Assembly (NCBI GenBank): GCA_024693345.1
Contig: JAILLB010000006.1
Span: 16,523 to 80,522 of the forward strand
DNA: 64,000 bases
Direction of reading: 5' to 3'
Source of the DNA: Clostridiales bacterium
Lineage (GTDB): Bacteria > Bacillota > Clostridia > Oscillospirales > CAG-272
The notes under the pieces are model-generated. The model did no database searches. It was not told where the DNA came from and saw nothing but the letters and a program-made list of their open reading frames with translations. Positions 53,406-61,026 of the stretch are shown here, in pieces. Made by a program: the position numbers and the translations under genes. Position 1 is the first letter of the stretch; each line of letters starts with the position of its first letter.

Positions 53406-54284
53406 ATGGACAGATTTGATATAGCCATCATAGGAACCGGACCTGCAGGGCTTGAAGCAGCGATTACAGCCAGCATAAGGAATAAAAAGATTCTTCTCTT
53501 AGGCAGTAAAAACCTCAGCGACAAGGTCGAAAAAGGTCATTTAATCCGCAACTATCTAGGATTGCCTGACATATCCGGAACAGATTTGTCAAAGAGGTTT
53601 AATGAGCACCTGGACTCTTTTGGTATTGATATAACCGAAGACAGAATAACTGCTGTTTATTCCATGGGTGATTACTTCTCTTTACAGGGATCCAGCGGAT
53701 CTTTTTATGAGTCAGAAACTGTAATTATCGCAACCGGAGTAATGACAGGCAAAGTGCTTGACGGAGAATCCGAATATCTTGGCAACGGAGTAAGTTATTG
53801 TGCAACATGCGATGCACCTCTTTACAGAAAAAAGGCAGTGGCAGTCATTTGCTACTCCAAGCACGAAGAGTCCGAAGCAGATTTTCTAAGTGAAATTGCT
53901 GGTTCAGTTGACTTCTTCCCGATGTTCAAAGAAGACTCGAATGTCAATGATTCAGTTAAAGTAGTAAGTAAACACCCTGTAAGTATTAAAAGAGACAATT
54001 TCAAAACAATTGTAACTACATCAGAAGGCAACACATATTCATATGACGGAGTATTTGTTTTGCGTGACAGCATTGCACCTAGCAATCTTGTGCCGGGACT
54101 GCTTACGGAAGGAGCTCACATAGTCTGTGACAGGAATATGAAAACAAACATCGACGGATGTTTTGCGTGCGGAGATATAACGGGACTTCCCTATCAGTAC
54201 ATAAAATCCGCAGGCGAAGGCAACATTGCAGCTCTGTCTGCATGTGCATACATAGATTCAAAAAAACGAAATTCTAAACAATAA
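53406..54284 (+). CDS. Thioredoxin-reductase-like flavoprotein lacking NADPH-binding motifs (FFTR-like)
   Basis: FAD motif IIGTGPAGLEAA, redox CATCDA, C-terminal FACGDITG. At the positions of GGGxxA and HRRxxxR the sequence reads VAVICYSKHEESEA and FFPMFKEDSN. Confidence 0.75.
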   Translation: MDRFDIAIIGTGPAGLEAAITASIRNKKILLLGSKNLSDKVEKGHLIRNYLGLPDISGTDLSKRFNEHLDSFGIDITEDRITAVYSMGDYFSLQGSSGSFYESETVIIATGVMTGKVLDGESEYLGNGVSYCATCDAPLYRKKAVAVICYSKHEESEADFLSEIAGSVDFFPMFKEDSNVNDSVKVVSKHPVSIKRDNFKTIVTTSEGNTYSYDGVFVLRDSIAPSNLVPGLLTEGAHIVCDRNMKTNIDGCFACGDITGLPYQYIKSAGEGNIAALSACAYIDSKKRNSKQ

Positions 54285-54299
54285 AGGAGATAATAGATT

Positions 54300-54611
54300 A
54301 TGGTAAACGTAGTAAAAAATGATGATTTTTCAGCAGCAAAAAAGGCAGCTGTAGCAGTAGTAGATTTTTCTGCAACATGGTGCGGCCCGTGCAGAATGAC
54401 AGCACCGGTTCTTGAAAAGGTATCTGAAAAGATGGCCGGCAGAGTTGAGTTTTACAACGTGGATGTTGATGATAATGGTGAACTTGCAAATCAGTTCCAT
54501 ATAACCAACATTCCGTGCCTGGTTCTTCTCAAAAACGGAGTTGAAGTATCCAGAAGCGTAGGATTCCAGCCAGAACCGAACCTGACAAGCTGGATTGAAT
54601 CAAACCTTTAA
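54300..54611 (+). CDS. trxA: Thioredoxin
   Basis: 103 aa. WCGPC active site. Confidence 0.9.
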   Translation: MVNVVKNDDFSAAKKAAVAVVDFSATWCGPCRMTAPVLEKVSEKMAGRVEFYNVDVDDNGELANQFHITNIPCLVLLKNGVEVSRSVGFQPEPNLTSWIESNL

Positions 54612-54614
54612 TTT

Positions 54615-55043
54615 ATGAGCACCATTTATCCGCAATTAAAACTTGAAAACCAGTTGTGCTTTCCTTTCTACGCATGTGCAAGAAAGATAGTCAATCTTTA
54701 CACACCTTATCTCAAGCCACTTGGTCTTACTTACACACAGTACCTTGTGATGATGGTGATGTGGGAGGAAAATGACACAACAATAAAGAACATATGCTCC
54801 AGACTGCACCTTGATTCCGGGACACTTACGCCCCTGATTCACAAACTTGAAAAGAGGCATATCCTGGAGAAACAAATCTGCGAACAGGATGAAAGAATCA
54901 CCTGTGTCAAACTGACAGATGAAGGAAAAAAGCTTCAGGAAAAAGCAAAAGACATTCCGATGAAAGTCGGTTCATGCGTCCACGTTTCCGAAGAAGAAGC
55001 AGCCCTTCTCTACACAACTCTGTATAAAATCTTAAACAACTGA
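54615..55043 (+). CDS. ohrR: MarR family regulator, OhrR-like (organic hydroperoxide sensor)
   Basis: 142 aa. N-terminal LENQLCFPFYACARKIVNLYTPYLKPLGLTYTQYLVMMVMWE with the conserved sensing Cys context QLCF. Confidence 0.75.
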   Translation: MSTIYPQLKLENQLCFPFYACARKIVNLYTPYLKPLGLTYTQYLVMMVMWEENDTTIKNICSRLHLDSGTLTPLIHKLEKRHILEKQICEQDERITCVKLTDEGKKLQEKAKDIPMKVGSCVHVSEEEAALLYTTLYKILNN

Positions 55044-55067
55044 AAACAGGCACCTTGCGGTGCCTGT
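55042..55067. terminator. Terminator hairpin between convergent genes
   Basis: ACAGGCACC-ttgc-GGTGCCTGT. A-run upstream gives a U-tract for the minus-strand GH39 operon. Confidence 0.65.
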
Positions 55068-55072
55068 CGCAT

Positions 55073-56428
55073 TTAATACAATACTTTGATATACCACGTT
55101 GAGTAAAGATCAAATCTCAATGTGGTTTTCTTTGTTTTAGCTTTGGTTTTTTCGGTTTTAATCAACTCACAGTCGTGGTCATTGTCAAGCAGGTAATACT
55201 CGATTGTCTTGTACCCTTCTTTCATTCCTGCAATCACGATTTCAACTTCTTTTGCAGGAGCTGAGTTATCATTGTCAAAATATGTGACCATGATGCACGT
55301 TTTTTTCGCGTTTCCAGCTCCGACAGCATATGTGTGTTCATTTTCAGATTCTGTCAGTACCTGCTTTTTCAGCCCGTACATCTCGCCGTACATCTTAAAC
55401 GGATAATAACCCTTAATGGGAGTTAGGAATGTCGTATCAAACATACCATTCCATGAGCATGGTCTGGCGTCATAATACATCATGTGATCAAGCTTGGATT
55501 TCTGTCCTGTTGCCATTGTTCCGGCAATGAAAGATGCACCCTTCAGACCTTTGATTGCATATATTGATTTAATGAACTCTGGACCTGTCCACTTATTGAC
55601 ATAATTCCATTCATCAAGTATGAGCTCGGTCTTGCCCTGAACTCCGTACTCGCACAGAAGCTCATATGCATGTTCACCGTCATCATAGTACTGTGAAGGT
55701 TCTCTGTGATATCCGTGGAACGAGAAGAAATCCAGGGTTATATCATTCTTTTTCAGGATATCGAAAAAATCATGATTAATACCATCTCTCCAGCATCCGC
55801 AATAAGCAGGTCCGCCTATTCTCAGATTCGGGAATCTCTGCTTAAGATGTTTGAACACAGTTACAAAAAACTCGTTGAACTGTTCAAGAGTTCCCTGCCA
55901 GCACGGATTTGAGCCATCTGCGTTACTGCACTCCGGCTCATTCCAGATTTCCCAGTATTTCATGTCGTAATGAAAACCATTACTCCACCCTTCATTGTAG
56001 TGAAGAATTATGTGTTCACAGATTTTTGCCCATTTCAAGAAATCCTTTGGAGGATAAGTGCCTACTTTTTTATAGTGTTCAATCATCGCACCTAGTCTGT
56101 AAAACACTTCGGATCCAACATCTCTGGCTGCCTGAACATACTTATCCGTATATTCGAAATCATATGATGCTTCATCATCGACATCTGCATCGAAATCTCT
56201 GAATATTCGGTGGACATCAACAATAAACTCGCCGCAGTATTCATAATAGCCTGCTGCATCGTGATTTCTGCAATACGGAATTTTGGCTTCCGCAAAAGCT
56301 TTGTAGTTGTTCATGCCATCTCTGACAAAGTCCCCCGCAGGAACATTGTTGACAGAATGCATGTCCTTCATTTTGGCTACGTATTCTGATGTATCTACAA
56401 TTAATCTCTCGGTTTTATTGACGCTCAT
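55073..56428 (-). CDS. Clan GH-A glycoside hydrolase, GH39-like
   Basis: YWEIWNEPE (acid/base), LRIGGPAYCG, DFFSFHGY, LILDEWN (nucleophile region); this parallels GH39 beta-xylosidase motifs. Start trimmed to ATG 56428 behind AAGGAGA. Confidence 0.65.
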   Translation of the reverse strand: MSVNKTERLIVDTSEYVAKMKDMHSVNNVPAGDFVRDGMNNYKAFAEAKIPYCRNHDAAGYYEYCGEFIVDVHRIFRDFDADVDDEASYDFEYTDKYVQAARDVGSEVFYRLGAMIEHYKKVGTYPPKDFLKWAKICEHIILHYNEGWSNGFHYDMKYWEIWNEPECSNADGSNPCWQGTLEQFNEFFVTVFKHLKQRFPNLRIGGPAYCGCWRDGINHDFFDILKKNDITLDFFSFHGYHREPSQYYDDGEHAYELLCEYGVQGKTELILDEWNYVNKWTGPEFIKSIYAIKGLKGASFIAGTMATGQKSKLDHMMYYDARPCSWNGMFDTTFLTPIKGYYPFKMYGEMYGLKKQVLTESENEHTYAVGAGNAKKTCIMVTYFDNDNSAPAKEVEIVIAGMKEGYKTIEYYLLDNDHDCELIKTEKTKAKTKKTTLRFDLYSTWYIKVLY

Positions 56429-56448
56429 ATTATTCTCCTTTTGATCAC

Positions 56449-57297
56449 TCAATATTCCGGTATTGCATCTTTTTGTGAAACAACAAACGCACTTAGTTTG
56501 CTGGCCTTTTTCAGACATTCATCTATATCTTTGCCTGACAGATAGTTATACATGAACGCAGCTGAAAAACTGTCTCCAGCTCCGACTGTCGAAACCACAT
56601 TTACCTTCTGTGCATCTGAGATATATGACTTACCGCTCCTGCAGTCATAAGCATACGACCCATTCTCTCCTCTAGTCACCACAATCATCTTTAGATTGCC
56701 GAACTCTTTAGACAACAGTTTTGTTGCTGTTGAATAATCACTGTCGCAGTTAAACAAGCACTTTGTGATTATTGGCAATTCCTCATCGCTTATCTTCATT
56801 ATGGTTGCATGTTCAAAAGCAAAACGAATCGTATCTATTGAATAGAAAGGCGGCCTTATGTTTATATCCACAAATATCTCTTTGAATTCATTGTTTTTCA
56901 TGAGTTCAGAAAGACAGTTCAGGTTATTCCTGCTTCTCAATGCAAGTGTTCCGAAATACAGAGCATCAAACTCTTTGCCTTTAATCTGACACTCAATGTG
57001 GTCATATGCAACATCACTCAGCAGGTCATATGAAGGGAGTCTGGACTCATCAAGTTTAACGAGACATTTTCCTGTCTGAATCCCAGGCAAAATGTTCACA
57101 AAATCGGTGTTAATTTTCCAATTATCCAGATCTTTCAATGCCATTTGTCCAAGTTCGTCATTGCCCAGTGAAGAAACCATATATGCACCGCCGCCCTGTT
57201 TGACAAAGTGGGCTGCAAAATTCAATGGCGCCCCGCCAATGTATTTGTTATCCGGATAAACATCCCACAGTATTTCGCCAAAAGATAATACACGCAT
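56449..57297 (-). CDS. PfkB family sugar kinase (fructokinase-like)
   Basis: 282 aa. SFGEILWDVYP...GGAPLNFA and GAGDSFSAAF motifs. Confidence 0.8.
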   Translation of the reverse strand: MRVLSFGEILWDVYPDNKYIGGAPLNFAAHFVKQGGGAYMVSSLGNDELGQMALKDLDNWKINTDFVNILPGIQTGKCLVKLDESRLPSYDLLSDVAYDHIECQIKGKEFDALYFGTLALRSRNNLNCLSELMKNNEFKEIFVDINIRPPFYSIDTIRFAFEHATIMKISDEELPIITKCLFNCDSDYSTATKLLSKEFGNLKMIVVTRGENGSYAYDCRSGKSYISDAQKVNVVSTVGAGDSFSAAFMYNYLSGKDIDECLKKASKLSAFVVSQKDAIPEY

Positions 57298-57305
57298 CTG
57301 TTTGC

Positions 57306-58334
57306 CTACGGAATAATTATATATTTGCCCTTAGCACGCATTGAATCATCAGCCAGTATCTGAGGCAGTTTTTCAAGCGGTTCACAGGCATAAACTATTG
57401 AACTGACATCAATTCTGTGTCCGTCTATGAGGGACAGTGCTCTCTTCTGTGTATAAGGGTTTATGAACGAAGCTTTGAGAACTATTTCCTTCTGGAATAT
57501 TTCAAATGGTTTAACGGAAATTGTATCTTCCGGTGCTGTAAGACCGAACATCATGACAACGGATTTCTTTCCGGCAATATCTATGGCCTGTTCAATTGTT
57601 GATGTTTTTCCGACACATTCAATTACTACGGATATTCTTGTGATGCCGTTATCTGACAACACTTCTTTGACATTTTCTTTTATGGGGTCGATTGTAATAT
57701 CTGCACCGAGTTTTTTGGCTATTTCTCTCTTTGATTCAACAGGTTCGATCATTATGAGCTTGCCTGCACCGGAAATCTTTGCCAGCTGCAGCATAATCAT
57801 TCCAATCAAGCCTCCGCCTATAACGGCAACAGTATCACCGCAGGAGATATTGCACATATCTATTCCATGAACACAGCACGCAACAGGTTCTGTCATTGCT
57901 GCCATTTCAAATGTGGTTGTATCTGCAATCTTATATACCTGAGACTGAGGAACTGCGCAATACTCGGCAAAACCGCCGTTTATACTCGTTCCTATTCCGA
58001 TCATGTTCTCACAGAAATGGCCTATACCGCTCTTGCAGTAATAACAATCATTGCACAGTTTGTTGGGATCCACGCAGACTCTGTCCCCGACTTTTATGTC
58101 TTTGACTTCGTCGCCTATTTCTTCGACTACACCTGCAAATTCATGACCCAAAACAGTTCCTACGGGCGTGGGAAAACATCCCTTGTCACCTTTGAAAATA
58201 TGTACATCTGTTCCGCAAATTCCACATGCCTTAACTTTAATCAGCACTTCGTCACTTTTTGGTGTCGGTTTTGCTATATCTTCAACTCTTAAATCGTTTG
58301 CCTTGTAAAAAACTCCTGCTTTCAATGTTATCAT
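57306..58334 (-). CDS. Zinc-dependent MDR alcohol/polyol dehydrogenase (sorbitol/threonine dehydrogenase-like)
   Basis: 342 aa. CGICGTDVH, GHEFAG, structural-zinc Cys cluster CNDCYYCKSGIGHFC, Rossmann VIGGGLIG. Confidence 0.85.
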   Translation of the reverse strand: MITLKAGVFYKANDLRVEDIAKPTPKSDEVLIKVKACGICGTDVHIFKGDKGCFPTPVGTVLGHEFAGVVEEIGDEVKDIKVGDRVCVDPNKLCNDCYYCKSGIGHFCENMIGIGTSINGGFAEYCAVPQSQVYKIADTTTFEMAAMTEPVACCVHGIDMCNISCGDTVAVIGGGLIGMIMLQLAKISGAGKLIMIEPVESKREIAKKLGADITIDPIKENVKEVLSDNGITRISVVIECVGKTSTIEQAIDIAGKKSVVMMFGLTAPEDTISVKPFEIFQKEIVLKASFINPYTQKRALSLIDGHRIDVSSIVYACEPLEKLPQILADDSMRAKGKYIIIP

Positions 58335-58354
58335 CTCCTTGTTTTTGCACTGAT

Positions 58355-59290
58355 CTATATTGCAAACAAAACATTTTCATTTCTCAAATTATTGTCTTTG
58401 ACATGGTCATTCACTGAATATGCATTCTTTTCCATGTCTGTGCACACAGCATCGCTCAGCTTCTGTAATCTGAGTTCATCTGCAACATCTGAGCAGATTG
58501 ATTCAATAATATCCAGTTTGTTCTCTATTTCACCATCTTCGTTTGAAGAAGAAATAAGGTATTCAAGATTTTCCTTGCACCCATTCATTATCTGCAATTC
58601 AGACATTGCTTTAAATGACCACTTGTAATACGGCATGTATTCTTTGTTCAGAAGGAATATGACGTTCATTGCAGCTTCAACAAACTTTGAAACAGCAATC
58701 TGAGCTGATCCCCTCTGGTCGTGGTCAAGGCATCTCTTGTAATTGTATTGCCCTGCCTGTCCCATGACAAGGACATTTCCTGCAATCTTTTTGATTCTGA
58801 CATCATCAGGATAATACTTCAAAGACTCCCTGATTTTGGAAAATTCCCCGTAATTGTCCATGAATACTTCTCCGTTTGTTGCTTCAGCAAGATAGAACTC
58901 AGGAATTGAAAACCAGTCATAAACAGTTTCAGGGCCACTGCTTGATCCGGTAAATTTCTTGTAAAAGTCACATGTTTTAATGACTCCATGCCTGTTTCCG
59001 CCAATCGGACTCAGTTTCTGTCTTTTGTGGCCCAAAAATTCTCCGGGGAGTTTGGCATATGCTCTTTCAAGAGCAAATTCTCTTCTTGAGTCTATGTCAT
59101 CAGGCACAAAAATACAGAATCCAGGCTCAAAATCATGGTCCTGTGATACTTCATCATCATAACCGAAACATTCAGATCCTTCGCCGACAAGCCCAACGGC
59201 AATCATTGGCATCAGGTCCTGAAAATCTTTATTCAGCATGGGAAGTCCGTATTCTTCAAAATACTTTTTTGAAAGTTCAAGTCCTCTCAT
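58355..59290 (-). CDS. DUF4037 domain protein (nucleotidyltransferase-fold-related, function unknown)
   Basis: 311 aa. LVGEGSECFGYDDEVSQDHDFEPGFCIFV matches my memory of the DUF4037 N-terminal signature. Confidence 0.6.
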   Translation of the reverse strand: MRGLELSKKYFEEYGLPMLNKDFQDLMPMIAVGLVGEGSECFGYDDEVSQDHDFEPGFCIFVPDDIDSRREFALERAYAKLPGEFLGHKRQKLSPIGGNRHGVIKTCDFYKKFTGSSSGPETVYDWFSIPEFYLAEATNGEVFMDNYGEFSKIRESLKYYPDDVRIKKIAGNVLVMGQAGQYNYKRCLDHDQRGSAQIAVSKFVEAAMNVIFLLNKEYMPYYKWSFKAMSELQIMNGCKENLEYLISSSNEDGEIENKLDIIESICSDVADELRLQKLSDAVCTDMEKNAYSVNDHVKDNNLRNENVLFAI

Positions 59291-60113
59291 AAATGTCTTT
59301 TACTCTCTTCCTCAATTCATCGGCAATTCCGAATCTTCCGTAAAAATCAAATGCGGGAATACACTTATCGCAGACATATGCGTAATAAAGGTCCATTTTA
59401 AGCTCTTTATCGGTTAAAAGCTGCTCAGATATATCTAAATACCTGTCTATCTCTTCACTCACTCCATCTTCGCCAATTTCGGCCTGAATGACATCTACTA
59501 GATTGAGATATGAAATGGCCTCCTCCAGTTTATTGTCCAGTTCTTTCATCAAATCAATCGCTTTCCCAAACATCTTCTTGGCTTCGCCATATTTACCTGC
59601 ATTTCCATAGGCCAGTGCCATGTTGTTGTAAAGACCGCCTAGTTTGTATTTGTTAACATTGACAGACTCATATATAGCTTCAGCCTTTTTGTAATACTCA
59701 AGCGCTCTTTCGGGTTCATCAAATGAGTTATATACCGTTGCAACGTTCAAAAATGTTGTTGCAGATGTCTCCGTGCCCTGAAGTCCAATTTCTTCAACGA
59801 GTTCAAGTCCTCTTGCAACTGCTTTGTCTGCTTCTTCTCTGTTCTTGCACCTCCTGTTTAGGCCCATCAATTCGTTTTGAATTGCAAGCTCTCCGCGCAG
59901 ATCGTTCCCAAATCTCGCTTCGCTCAGCCAATAGTCAAGATGTCTTCTTGCCGAGTCGAAATCGTCCCTTTCAAGATACTCATCGAGTTTTGCAGTCATT
60001 CGGTTTATATCTATACTTTTGACGGGCTTATTGCTTTTATACTGGTCAACGCAAAAAGGACAGTTTGGCTCTTCGTAATCTTCTCTTTTCAATATGGTTT
60101 TGTCTTCAAACAT
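59277..60113 (-). CDS. Tetratricopeptide repeat protein
   Basis: Start trimmed to ATG 60113 (MFEDKTILK) behind GAGG. N-terminal CPFC, then multiple TPR-like A/Y/L repeats (ALEYYKKAEAIYE, LGGLYNNMALAYGNAGKYGEAKKMFGKAIDL). 14-nt overlap with the DUF4037 gene. Confidence 0.7.
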   Translation of the reverse strand: MFEDKTILKREDYEEPNCPFCVDQYKSNKPVKSIDINRMTAKLDEYLERDDFDSARRHLDYWLSEARFGNDLRGELAIQNELMGLNRRCKNREEADKAVARGLELVEEIGLQGTETSATTFLNVATVYNSFDEPERALEYYKKAEAIYESVNVNKYKLGGLYNNMALAYGNAGKYGEAKKMFGKAIDLMKELDNKLEEAISYLNLVDVIQAEIGEDGVSEEIDRYLDISEQLLTDKELKMDLYYAYVCDKCIPAFDFYGRFGIADELRKRVKDIYERT

Positions 60114-60240
60114 ATACTGAACCTCGATGAATTTGCTGTGTTTTTCGATTTTGCTCCGAAAACAAAGATATAACACCGGGAAAAAGGCATTTTATATTTT
60201 TGTTTTCGCGCCTACATGTTAATTATACTATTATTTATGC

Positions 60241-60268
60241 CAAAAAGAAACCGCACATAGTGCGGTTC
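60241..60268 (-). terminator. Rho-independent terminator after ygjV-like gene
   Basis: AACCGCAC-ata-GTGCGGTT; on the minus strand it is followed by CTTTTTG. Confidence 0.75.
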
Positions 60269-60884
60269 ACTGATCTATTTTCTCTTTTTCTTCTTCAGGC
60301 AATTCTTTTTCTTCTTCACTTGTTGATTCAACTGTTTCTTTTCTCTTTAGGATATCAAGTCTGATAATGCCTACAATAGCTGAAACAATTGCCAATGATT
60401 CATTAATGGTTCCAACAATTGAAATAATAAGGACATCATAAGTAATCATGCATGCACCTATTGGGAATGCCATAATTCTTGACAACTTTGGTTTTCCGAT
60501 CCAGAAGCTTATAATAGCCAGGATAGATGCACATGTAGTCAGAAGGGTTATTGGTCCCCTCCAGGTGAGAAATGCCGAACCAACAGCTGCAGATATAAAC
60601 AATAATGGCCATACCACGCAATCTGCCCACTTGTGGGTTTTCCTGTTAATCGACACAATTTCTCTGAATACAGATATCAGGCAAATTGCAAATCCGGAAT
60701 ATGCAAAAAGGAACAGGTAGTGGAGTGTCCACAATACATCGGAAACCAGTTTGAATCTCAAAAGCATTTTTCTGCTTTTCTGCTGCATTATCAAAATGTT
60801 TCCGACTATTCCCAACAGTCCAAACACCTGCGCAATGATTCCAACTGTGTCAAGTGATGTGAAATACTCGATTATTTCATCCAT
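60267..60884 (-). CDS. YgjV family inner-membrane protein
   Basis: 205 aa, 5-6 TM segments. Pattern similar to YgjV (…ITYDVLIISIVGTINESLAIVSAIVGIIR). Acidic C-terminal tail. Confidence 0.55.
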   Translation of the reverse strand: MDEIIEYFTSLDTVGIIAQVFGLLGIVGNILIMQQKSRKMLLRFKLVSDVLWTLHYLFLFAYSGFAICLISVFREIVSINRKTHKWADCVVWPLLFISAAVGSAFLTWRGPITLLTTCASILAIISFWIGKPKLSRIMAFPIGACMITYDVLIISIVGTINESLAIVSAIVGIIRLDILKRKETVESTSEEEKELPEEEKEKIDQ

Positions 60885-61026
60885 TTTATGTACCAGCTTA
60901 AAATTTGTTCCACATGATTATAGTTTCACGCATTTTCAAAGTCAACAACTATCTATTCTAATATTCCCTTTTTAATGCAGTTGGTATATAATTGCCTTAG
61001 AAAAAACGCGAGGGAGATTATACAGA

